DNA of 36,994 bases from Kiritimatiellota bacterium (GTDB lineage: Bacteria; Verrucomicrobiota; Lentisphaeria; Victivallales; JAADHT01). The translations under genes were made by a program, and so were the position numbers. This document shows positions 18,235 to 26,401 of this stretch, in pieces (position 1 is the stretch's first letter; every line of letters starts with the position of its first letter). Location of the stretch: the NCBI GenBank assembly GCA_013151705.1, contig JAADHT010000218.1:1-36994 (forward strand). The letters are read 5' to 3'. Under the pieces are notes generated by a model that was not told the DNA's origin, ran no database searches, and saw only the letters and a program-made list of their open reading frames with translations.

Positions 18235-18634
18235 CTGTCCATCCATTCAATCAACACCGCGAAACGCAAGATATACTATCGGATTATTATTTTGCCGGCT
18301 TTCGCGTTGGGCACTGGAGCCGGGGATTTGATCTCTGAAAAACTTGAGTTAGGGTATGGAGTCGCATTGTCCATTTTTTCCGCGGGTATTCTAGGAATTT
18401 CAATCTCTTATTACTATTTTAAATTAAACGCGACTTGCGCGTTTTGGATCGCGTTCATTTTCACAAGACCCCTTGGAGCCTCAATTAGGCGATTTAATGA
18501 CTCAATCACCCGCAGACAGCGGATTGGGAATGGCAAGTGTCAATGCCGCTTTCTTTTCAGTGATCATTGGATTAATTATTTGTTTGAGTGTTAACGAGCG
18601 GAGAAAATCTAAAGAAAAATGTCGAGAAATATAA
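18235..18634 (+). pseudogene. Frameshifted C-terminal remnant of a repeat-containing integral membrane protein (COG4705-like)
   Basis: Frame 1 encodes YRIIILPAFALGTGAGDLISEKLELGYGVALSIFSAGILGISISYYYF...FWIAFIFTRPLGAS. The sequence continues in the +1 frame as LGDLMTQSPADSGLGMASVNAAFFSVIIGLIICL, repeating the LG..GDL...LG pattern. The first two thirds of the family architecture are absent. Confidence 0.55.
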
Positions 18635-20175
18635 TGGGAAATAAAACAGCCGCAAATAATTCAACTCGCCGACGGAATCGGTGGTATCACTCCGCTTCGC
18701 TTCTGATAGGATTGTTTTTGCTCGCTAGACTCGCGACTCTCGGCGTAGTGCCATTGGTGGATCCCAGCGAGGGACGTTATGCTTTGATCGCTAGAGATAT
18801 GGCTGAGAGCGCAAATTTCGTCACGCCCATGATCTGGAGAAAAGGCAGGCATATCGTCTTCTGGGGAAAACCTCCTTTGAGATTTTGGATGGGCGCTCTC
18901 GCATTTAAAATATTCGGAGTCAACGAATTCGCGGCCAGATTGCCATCGTTTTTGAGCGGACTTTTTCTGTTGGCGCTGCTATCGTGGATTATCAACAGGT
19001 ATCGCTCGAAAAACGAGGCGTTGACAGCAGCATTGTTTTTAGCGACGAGTGGCGGATTTTTCTTTCTCTCCGGCGTGGTGTTGCAGGAAATGACATTGAC
19101 GGCGTTCTCCAGCGGCGCGTTGCTGTTGTATTACGGGTTTCTTCGGGAATCGAATATGAAAACGCGTAAGTGGCTAAGTCTTGGAGTTTTCGCTTTACTC
19201 GGCTTGGGTTTTATGACGAAGGGGCCCTTGATTCTCGTAACGTTTGGTCTGCCGGTGTTTTTGTGGCATTTACTCAACCGGGAATGGGGAATCCTGCGAA
19301 ACCACGCTTGGCTTCCTGGCGGAACTTTGTTTCTTTTGATAACAATTCCGTGGTTTTGGCTGGCCGAACGCGCGACCCCCGGATTCCTGCGTTATTTTTT
19401 CCTCAACGAGAACCTTTATCGATTCGTCAAATCGGACTACGGCGATTTGTATGGTGTCGGACACAAATATCCATTTGGAGCGGCTTTCGTGTTTTTTCTC
19501 GCGTTGTCGGCGCCATGGTGCGTGGTGGCGTTCGGCGCGGTTATCGCAAAAACGCTGAAAACAACGGGAAATGTCAAAGAGAGGGCTTGCGCATTATGGC
19601 GTTCAATCAATGATACCACAGGCGATTCGAAAAGCGGAACGGATATTTTTCTGCTGGGATTCGCCGTCAATACGCTTTTCTGGTGTTTCGCTCGTCAGAT
19701 ACATTTATACTATATGATAATAGCTGTTCCCGCTTTTTGTGTTTGGCTCTCCTCCGTGGCCGCCTCGGAAACATCGCTACCAAAGCATCTTCCCAAACTC
19801 GCTTGGTTGACTTTGTTCGTATATCTCGTCAGTCTGATTGTGATGCCGGGAATAGTCGACCGCGGAAAGTCAACAAAAGCAATTCTCGCGAAAGCGAAGG
19901 AAATCATGAAAAGCGACGAACAATGGAACGGGAAAATAGTTTTCGTGCGAAAAACCCCCTATTCCGCTTATTTTTACGGAGGGAAATTTATCAAAATCCA
20001 CAAAAAAGAATCATTGGAAGCGTCTTTCAAGCGGGATATCGCGATCAACAACAAACGCGACATCTATATTGTCCGCCCTCGGCACGTGAAAGATATCCAA
20101 CCTGAATTGCGTAAACATTTAAATGTATTATATTCATCGGAGGGTTGGTTGATTTTATCAGAGAACGCCGATTGA
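18619..20175 (+). CDS. ArnT-like glycosyltransferase (GT39/GT83, undecaprenyl-phosphate-sugar dependent lipid A/glycan transferase)
   Basis: The protein has multiple TM helices. The N-terminal motif is PLVDPSEGRYALIARDMAESANFVTPM...GKPPLRFWMGALAFKIFGVNEFAARLPS. A soluble C-terminal domain follows. Confidence 0.85.
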   Translation: MSRNIMGNKTAANNSTRRRNRWYHSASLLIGLFLLARLATLGVVPLVDPSEGRYALIARDMAESANFVTPMIWRKGRHIVFWGKPPLRFWMGALAFKIFGVNEFAARLPSFLSGLFLLALLSWIINRYRSKNEALTAALFLATSGGFFFLSGVVLQEMTLTAFSSGALLLYYGFLRESNMKTRKWLSLGVFALLGLGFMTKGPLILVTFGLPVFLWHLLNREWGILRNHAWLPGGTLFLLITIPWFWLAERATPGFLRYFFLNENLYRFVKSDYGDLYGVGHKYPFGAAFVFFLALSAPWCVVAFGAVIAKTLKTTGNVKERACALWRSINDTTGDSKSGTDIFLLGFAVNTLFWCFARQIHLYYMIIAVPAFCVWLSSVAASETSLPKHLPKLAWLTLFVYLVSLIVMPGIVDRGKSTKAILAKAKEIMKSDEQWNGKIVFVRKTPYSAYFYGGKFIKIHKKESLEASFKRDIAINNKRDIYIVRPRHVKDIQPELRKHLNVLYSSEGWLILSENAD

Positions 20176-20212
20176 CATCGGAATCCGACAATTTGTCATA
20201 CGGAGATTCACA

Positions 20213-20884
20213 ATGCGTGTTCTACTTGTCGAGGATGAGAGAAAAGTGGCCTCCTTCATAGCGAAAGGGTTGAGGGAGGAGGGAATGGCGGTCGACCACG
20301 TCTCGGACGGGAAGTCCGCCTTGGCGCAGTTGGATGTCTATGAATACGACCTGCTCGTGACGGATATCATGATGCTAGGCATGAGCGGGATCGAACTGAT
20401 CCGCGAAATTCGCATGAGAAAAGCGGGCATTCCGATTCTCGCTCTGACGGCGAAAGACTCCGTCGACGACAAAGTGCTGGGGCTGGACACCGGAGCGGAT
20501 GATTATATGACCAAGCCGTTCGTCTTCGCCGAGCTGTTGGCGCGTATCAGAGCGCTTATGCGCAGGCCGAGCGCTTTGGCCGAGCCGCTTAAAGCCGGAG
20601 ATTTGATAATGGATCCGGTCGCGCATGTTGTGACTCGAGCCGGCGAAAAGGTGGATCTCACGCAAAAAGAATACGCCTTGCTGGAGTTTTTGCTTTCCAA
20701 CAAAGGCAGAGTCCTTTCCAGAACTTCCATAATAGAAAGTGTGTGGGATATGCATTTTGACAGCGATACGAATCTCGTGGATGTTCTGGTCAGCTATCTG
20801 CGGGGGAAAATCGACCGCGGATTCGACGTCAAACTGATCCATTCGGTAAGGGGCGTGGGATATGTGTTGGAGGATAGGGGTTGA
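20213..20884 (+). CDS. OmpR-family two-component response regulator (CusR/PmrA-like)
   Basis: The receiver domain carries MRVLLVEDE, LLVTDIMMLGMSG and DDYMTKPF. The winged helix carries LTQKEYALLEFLLSNKGRVLSR, VWDMHFDSDTNLVDVLVSYLRGKID and VRGVGYVLE. Confidence 0.92.
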   Translation: MRVLLVEDERKVASFIAKGLREEGMAVDHVSDGKSALAQLDVYEYDLLVTDIMMLGMSGIELIREIRMRKAGIPILALTAKDSVDDKVLGLDTGADDYMTKPFVFAELLARIRALMRRPSALAEPLKAGDLIMDPVAHVVTRAGEKVDLTQKEYALLEFLLSNKGRVLSRTSIIESVWDMHFDSDTNLVDVLVSYLRGKIDRGFDVKLIHSVRGVGYVLEDRG

Positions 20885-22245
20885 AAGTCAAAACGAAATT
20901 CGCTTTGGTGACCGCGGGAATTCTTTTTCTCTTCGCTTTGCTGTTTCTCGTGGCCAACACCGCCTTCATCTTGCATGAGACATTGCTTGTGCGACGATAC
21001 GAGTTGCGAATAGTCGCTCGGCGGATCGATGAGATTTTCAATTCAGCCGACAAAACGACAATCGGGAAAAAACGCGCGCTGGTGCTTGAGGGAGTCAAAT
21101 TCGCCGCTAAAAAGGGAAATCTCAAATTCGCGGCGTTCAATCTGAAAGGCGATCCGCTTGTCTTCAGCGACGACTACCAGGAGGAAGTTCTACGTGAGCG
21201 AAACTACCCGACGAAATTAGGGAGTTCGAAAAACACCGAACAGTGGAAAAGCTGGAACAAATGGGATACCGACATCTACTACACCGGTGAATACTGCTAT
21301 GTGAAGTTGAACGACACGCAGAATATTGAAATAGAAGACGACATAATCCTTTTCTTTTTAGTGTCGTTGCCGGTGATCGCCGTCTTGGCCGTGATTGGAG
21401 GAGGTTTGCTCGGCGCGGCCGCCACGCGGCAGATAGGGAGAGTCGAAAAAGCGGCCGCCGAGATAGCGGGCGGGAATTTAGCGTACCGCGTTCCCACATC
21501 ATCGTCCAATGACGAGATGGCGGTGATGGAACGTGATTTGAACAGAATGTTCGCCGAGCTGGAAAGCTCTTTCAGTAGAATCATGGAGTTCAGCTCTGAT
21601 TTGGCGCATGAGTTGCGCACGCCCCTCACCGTCATGACAGGCGAGTTGGAGGTGGCCTTGAGAGAGACCCGATCCGAGGAGGAGTATCAACGCGTGCTGG
21701 CCAAAACGATGGAGGAAGTGGCGTTTTTGCGCAGACTCGTCGATGATATGCTTATTCTGGTCAAACCCAACTTGGCCTACGCCAAGGAGAATTTCGAGAC
21801 AATCGATCTATCCGAGCTCCTTTCAGCTTCCATAGACGCTCTGGATCTGCTGGCGGATTCCAAGGGAGTCAAAACACATTCACGCATCCCAAAAGAGATG
21901 AAAATTCACGGCAATCCTTCTCTCGTAAGAATGCTTCTTTACAACCTATTGCACAACTCCATCAAATACAGTGGAGAAAACGGCGAGGTGGAGATATCCC
22001 TCACCGGCGATTCAGATACCACCACCCTGTCCATCAAGGACAACGGACCGGGAATCCCGGAAGAGGAACGCCTAAACGTCTTCAAACGATTCTACCGAAT
22101 GAAAATAGCGAAAGACAATGGAAGTTCCGGCACTGGATTGGGATTGGCGATCGTCAAAAAAGTCTGCGAGGTGCATGAAGCGGAAATAACCTTGGAAAGC
22201 TCCGATGAGGGCTCCACCTTCACTGTCGTGTTCAAGCTTCATTAA
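20881..22245 (+). CDS. Sensor histidine kinase (two TM helices, HAMP, HisKA, HATPase_c)
   Basis: The H-box is FSSDLAHELRTPLT, the N-box is LLHNSIKYS, and G-boxes are DNGPGIP and GTGLGLAIV. The TTG start overlaps the regulator's stop (TTGA). Confidence 0.9.
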   Translation: MKVKTKFALVTAGILFLFALLFLVANTAFILHETLLVRRYELRIVARRIDEIFNSADKTTIGKKRALVLEGVKFAAKKGNLKFAAFNLKGDPLVFSDDYQEEVLRERNYPTKLGSSKNTEQWKSWNKWDTDIYYTGEYCYVKLNDTQNIEIEDDIILFFLVSLPVIAVLAVIGGGLLGAAATRQIGRVEKAAAEIAGGNLAYRVPTSSSNDEMAVMERDLNRMFAELESSFSRIMEFSSDLAHELRTPLTVMTGELEVALRETRSEEEYQRVLAKTMEEVAFLRRLVDDMLILVKPNLAYAKENFETIDLSELLSASIDALDLLADSKGVKTHSRIPKEMKIHGNPSLVRMLLYNLLHNSIKYSGENGEVEISLTGDSDTTTLSIKDNGPGIPEEERLNVFKRFYRMKIAKDNGSSGTGLGLAIVKKVCEVHEAEITLESSDEGSTFTVVFKLH

Positions 22246-22250
22246 AATAT

Positions 22251-22278
22251 TCTAATCGTTTTTTAAGAACATCTTAAT
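22251..22278 (+). promoter_or_regulatory. Three phased hexamer direct repeats, TCTAAT-N5-TTTAAG-N5-CTTAAT (second PmrA-box-like site)
   Basis: Half-site starts are at 22251, 22262 and 22273, 136 nt upstream of the metallophosphoesterase ATG. The two promoter-proximal hexamers are identical to those at 17260-17276. Confidence 0.55.
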
Positions 22279-22413
22279 CCTTCCTTGTTATCTTCCCTCT
22301 TTTTCCGTCGCTTCCCGTACGAAGAGCGCGGTTTTGGCGGTCAAGTGAAAAACACTTTTTCGAGTCCAGAAGAAAACAATTGACCAATTTTATGACGGAG
22401 GTGAACAAATTTT

Positions 22414-23469
22414 ATGAACATTGATTTTCCAAATGTGAAACAGGTGGCGCGCAAAGCGTTTCCAGTGTTTATTTTCGTGGTGCTTTCACTCGCCACTGGT
22501 TATATCGGTTATCTATTCTACCTGCGACAAATCGTCAACTCCGATAGACCGGAACTTTTCGGAAGTGACGCCCGTCTCGTGGCGGCCTTGAAAAAAAACG
22601 AGCATGGAGATTCATACAAATTTCTGGTATTGGCCGACTCCAACGGAAATTTTCCCGTCGAAGAAGATCTGATTAAGCCTGTGGCCGATGAAATAGATTT
22701 CGCCGTCATCCTGGGCGACGCGGCGGACAGCGATTTCGAATCGCACAGATACCTGAAACAGACGATGCGCCGCTTGAACTTGAAAACACCCTTTTTCTAC
22801 GTACCGGGAAACAACGATTTCGACGCGGGGAAAACGAAAGGATATCAAAAGCGGTTCACCGCAGAGGATTTCGAGACAGAGTACGGTCCACTGATGTTCT
22901 CCTTCGTGTATCATGGAGACATGTTCATCGGCATTTGCTCAATCGGCAACAACGCCACTGACGAGAAAAGCGTCGCTTTTCTCAAGAGTTTGGAGGCGAA
23001 AAGACGAAAATACCGTCATTGCTTCGTGTTCATGCACATTCCTCCGCCGTTGCCGGCGTTCGACAACACGAAATTTACCGCTGACGAGAGATATCCCGAG
23101 CTTTTCGCTAAATTGAATGTCGACTACGTGTTCGCCAGCCATTATCACGGCTATCAGACGACGACATCGCAAGGGGTGAATTACATCGTAACCGGCGGAG
23201 GAGGAGCAAGGCTGGATAATAAAAAACTCCCCCAGTTTTATCATTCCATCGAGTTTTTCGTGGGACCCGAATCCATCTCGCAACGTTTCGTGTATTCACC
23301 GGAGGATGTGGACTTCCCGGATTGGTTGGAGGTTCGATCAGTGCTTCACGTCATCCCGTTTTTTCTGACCTATCGATGGTTCGCGTTTTCAGTTGTGGGG
23401 TTGATCTGCGCGGCTTGGGTTGTTCTAGCATATTTTACCCTTGCGAAACGGAAATCCGGAGACGAGTAA
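22414..23469 (+). CDS. Membrane-anchored calcineurin-like metallophosphoesterase
   Basis: There are N- and C-terminal TM segments. Phosphoesterase motifs are FLVLADSNGN, VILGDAAD, VPGNNDF, VFMHIPP, ASHYHGY and VTGGGGA. Confidence 0.8.
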   Translation: MNIDFPNVKQVARKAFPVFIFVVLSLATGYIGYLFYLRQIVNSDRPELFGSDARLVAALKKNEHGDSYKFLVLADSNGNFPVEEDLIKPVADEIDFAVILGDAADSDFESHRYLKQTMRRLNLKTPFFYVPGNNDFDAGKTKGYQKRFTAEDFETEYGPLMFSFVYHGDMFIGICSIGNNATDEKSVAFLKSLEAKRRKYRHCFVFMHIPPPLPAFDNTKFTADERYPELFAKLNVDYVFASHYHGYQTTTSQGVNYIVTGGGGARLDNKKLPQFYHSIEFFVGPESISQRFVYSPEDVDFPDWLEVRSVLHVIPFFLTYRWFAFSVVGLICAAWVVLAYFTLAKRKSGDE

Positions 23470-23585
23470 AACGAAGACGGCATAGCCGCGGCTAAATTTC
23501 CAGAATAAGGTCGAAAAATTTTCAATATTCAATGCGAGAAATAAATTTTTTCGCTATTCTACTATTCATCAGCGGGGTTTGATGG

Positions 23586-24746
23586 TTACTTCACGAATTC
23601 GGGTTGATTCTTCTTTCGCGCCAACTCTTCGATGATGTCGGCGACGACCTTCGGGCGGGAATAGAAATCCGTTGAATCGGAATATTTCAACGCCGACTTC
23701 CGCCATTTCATTTTTTTCTCTGGTGTCGCACTCAAAAGTTCCGCGAGTTTAGCGTTGAAATCATCCTGGGAGAAATCCCAGCCGTCCAAAACAGCTCCAG
23801 CGCCGGATTCCTCCACGTGGAAAGCGTAGCCGCAGTTGGATAGAGTCAATACCGGCACTCCGGCTATCAAAGCCTCCACAATGGCGTTTCCCGTGTTCTC
23901 GGCGTACGCTGGATGCAACAGCAAATCCGCCGCCGCCAATAGTTTCGGGACATCGTCCACCGCGCCGAGAAAAGTCACTTCGGATCCGACGCTCAGGGAT
24001 TTCGCCAACTTCTTGAAACCAAGCGACTTTCCTTTTCCGGCTATGAAAAGTTTCGTTTCGCCCCGCGATTCCGCGGCCAAGGCCTTGATTGAGCGATCAA
24101 CACCTTTTCGTTGAAAATCCGACCCGACCATAAGGAGCATCACATCGTCGTCCCTTAAGCCCAACGCGCTCCGTTTTTCTTTACGATTCTCATCGGAGGA
24201 GCCGGTGCGAACGCGCTCTTTGTCTATTCCAGCCGGGATCGGGAGAAAACGCTCTGATTGGGTTCCATATTCTTTGATGTATATTTCACGTTGAATGTCG
24301 GAAAGCGCGAGAATCGCGGTTTTTGATTCGCGCGAAAACACCGCTTTTTCAAAACGCGCGTACACCTTGTGCCGCGGAGTCAGGGAGTGAAGAGAGGAGC
24401 GGCGTCTGCGAATGTCGTCGATATAGCACACGTCGGCGCAGTAGTAGAGATCCAAACCGGGCATTCGATTGAAGCCAACAAGGAGATCAAACGTTTGTTC
24501 TTTCAACATTTCTTGAAGATTGGAGACGTAGGCCGCGCATCTCGCATGATTCGAAAACCCGGAGAACGGCACTTCCTCGATCACGCATTTCGAGGTTCGC
24601 AAAACGCTTGGCACTTCCCCGTCCCAGCGCATGGTGAAAATGGTGATGGAATGACCTCTGACCAAACACTCCTCCACTATCCTTGTGAAGTTGCGTTCCA
24701 GCCCGCCGAAAGGATAATATTTGAAGATGGCGAAAACCAAACGCAT
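23586..24746 (-). CDS. waaG: Lipopolysaccharide core glucosyltransferase I-like GT4 glycosyltransferase
   Basis: Matches run along the length of E. coli WaaG as I remember it. They include FKYYPFGGLERNF, GFNRMPGLDLYYCADVCY, VGSDFQRKGVDRSIKAL, AADLLLHPAYAENTGNAIVEALIAGVPVLT and CGYA. Confidence 0.85.
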   Translation of the reverse strand: MRLVFAIFKYYPFGGLERNFTRIVEECLVRGHSITIFTMRWDGEVPSVLRTSKCVIEEVPFSGFSNHARCAAYVSNLQEMLKEQTFDLLVGFNRMPGLDLYYCADVCYIDDIRRRRSSLHSLTPRHKVYARFEKAVFSRESKTAILALSDIQREIYIKEYGTQSERFLPIPAGIDKERVRTGSSDENRKEKRSALGLRDDDVMLLMVGSDFQRKGVDRSIKALAAESRGETKLFIAGKGKSLGFKKLAKSLSVGSEVTFLGAVDDVPKLLAAADLLLHPAYAENTGNAIVEALIAGVPVLTLSNCGYAFHVEESGAGAVLDGWDFSQDDFNAKLAELLSATPEKKMKWRKSALKYSDSTDFYSRPKVVADIIEELARKKNQPEFVK

Positions 24747-24819
24747 ACTGTTTCCCCGCAAAAAAAAAGATGCCACGAGCGAAAGCCGCGGCATCTTTTC
24801 AACTTCGAATCAAATTGCC

Positions 24820-25377
24820 CTACTCGTTGATATCATCGGGAGTGAAATCATCGCCTTTGATGTCGATAAACACCCAACCCAGGATGAAGTCGGCGATCTC
24901 AACCGGATGGATTTCAAACTGCATTTCAATCAACGCCGCGAGTTTCGCTCCCACCGACCAGAAATCCTTGGCTCCGTTGTGGAAATCGTATGGATTTTTG
25001 GTCATGGACGGAACTCCAGTCGCGCGGAAGAAGTATTTTTTGACGGAACCGATCGGCTCGTCAACCTCACGACTTTCAGCGCCGATCATCAGAAAACTGA
25101 CATCCCAACCGTTCGAACGGCAGAATCCATACTGACGGTTGACGCCTTTCACCACTTGAGCGGTCGCGCCGATTTCGCCCCCGATAGAAAGATATTTCGT
25201 GCAGTGCCCTTCGACTCCTATGGCGGGACCAAAACCCAAAGTAAGCGAAAACATGTCCACCATATCAACCAACCGATTGGGGATGTACAACAACAACGTG
25301 TCTCCGGCACCGGCCTTGACCGACGCGGAACCCACAAACATCATGACGACTGCGATCAAACAAACCAATTTTTTCAT
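24820..25377 (-). CDS. Secreted hypothetical protein (185 aa), immediately upstream of waaG on the same strand
   Basis: There is a clear signal peptide (MKKLVCLIAVVMMFVGSASVKAGAG). I recognise no family. Confidence 0.65.
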   Translation of the reverse strand: MKKLVCLIAVVMMFVGSASVKAGAGDTLLLYIPNRLVDMVDMFSLTLGFGPAIGVEGHCTKYLSIGGEIGATAQVVKGVNRQYGFCRSNGWDVSFLMIGAESREVDEPIGSVKKYFFRATGVPSMTKNPYDFHNGAKDFWSVGAKLAALIEMQFEIHPVEIADFILGWVFIDIKGDDFTPDDINE

Positions 25378-25658
25378 AGCGATCTTTCCTTTTTCCCTTA
25401 TAGGTTATCAATATAAACCACTGCTCAACTCAACACCCCAACTAACTACCATGCCAACTAATCTAGCGCGTCTGAAAACAAATGCAAGAAAAAAAATCGA
25501 TTCCAAGCAAAAAATAACGTTATTTTATCGTTTTCCGCTTGAAAAGCTCTGTTGAAGAGTCAGGTTACGGGCCCTTGAATCGGTGTTGGCGAGTGGAATC
25601 GGGCTCTCCGCCGAGTCGCCAAAATCGACAACGCCTCGTTTCAAGTCTCTTCATTCAT

Positions 25659-25736
25659 CGGGATGTAGCGCAGTCTGGTTAGCGCGTTTGACTGGGGGTC
25701 AAAAGGTCGGAGGTTCGAATCCTCTCATCCCGACCA
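25659..25736 (+). tRNA. tRNA-Pro (anticodon GGG), CCA end encoded
   Basis: A hand-folded cloverleaf fits. The parts are:
- acceptor cgggatg/catcccg
- D stem gcgc/gcgc
- anticodon stem tttga/tcaaa with loop ct-GGG-gg
- T arm ggagg-ttcgaat-cctct
- discriminator A plus CCA. Confidence 0.93.
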
Positions 25737-26176
25737 TCTTTTTAGCCTCAAAACCACCATTTTCCACCACTTTTCGCACAACCTGCAAACACCCGCTAAA
25801 ACACACCTTTTCGTACAGAGATTACGGCATAATTACGGCAGGAATTTTTTTCGAATTTCTTCTCGAATAATCAACATTTCTTCGTATGTGCGTTATTTAA
25901 CTTGAATACACCTGATTCTACATCTGTTTTTTTCGCCACAATTCAATCATTTCCAACAATAGCAGTATGATTGGCCCGTCTATTGGAGCGGCCTGCTCGA
26001 ATCCATCCGCTGTAAATATCCGAAAACCCTGCTGGGGGTGATCATCATTTTATGGATATATATCACAATCGTGAGATTAATTTTAGAGAAGTGGACCTCG
26101 AAACTTGCGCCATTGGTTAAGATGGGCTAGTTTACTTTTCCGTTAACCAAAACAGGGGAAGAAAAATGGCTAAGAG

Positions 26177-26212
26177 TTTTTTAGGGACATTTTTTAGCAT
26201 TTTTTAGGGACA
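26177..26212 (+). repeat. Short tandem repeat TTTTTTAGGGACA / TTTTTTAGCA / TTTTTTAGGGACA
   Basis: Direct reading gives two perfect 13-mers flanking a truncated 10-mer. The repeat lies in the non-coding stretch between the tRNA-Pro and the catabolic operon. Confidence 0.6.
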
Positions 26213-26401
26213 GGTCAATTATGGTTTAGGAGGCGAGGCTGGAGCACACGACGAGGGACGAGGAATCTGTCCAGTACTGCCCCCAAGCTAGACGATTACG
26301 AATGCCAGAGAAAATATTCCGTTTTTTTTCGAAATCGGGCTTGTTTTTTACATTTAAAAAGATATTTTATATATAGCCCCAAAATATAGGAGGATGAGAA
26401 T

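Noticed and set aside
23483-23494. Palindrome TAGCCGCGGCTA between the convergent genes 22414-23469 and waaG as a bidirectional terminator
   Set aside because: It has a 6-bp stem, no loop and no flanking T/A runs, so it is too weak to call.
25583-25870. 95-aa ORF on the + strand
   Set aside because: It reads straight through the tRNA-Pro gene (25659-25736). The tRNA cloverleaf is far better supported.
25997-26010. tcgaatccatccgc as a possible att-site duplicate of the tRNA-Pro 3' end (ttcgaatcctctcatcccg)
   Set aside because: Only 8 contiguous matches, then gaps. There is no integrase, and the site is too weak to distinguish from chance.
26166-26207. 13-codon Phe-rich mini-ORF MAKSFLGTFFSIF as a leader peptide
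   Set aside because: Its sequence is dictated by the T-rich tandem repeat. No attenuator structure is linked to it and it lies more than 190 nt from the adh start. I mention it only inside the non-coding-region finding.
26177-26212. Tandem TTTTTTAGGGACA repeats considered as a CRISPR-like array
   Set aside because: There are only 2-3 units of 10-13 bp with no spacers, which is far too short. There are no cas genes.
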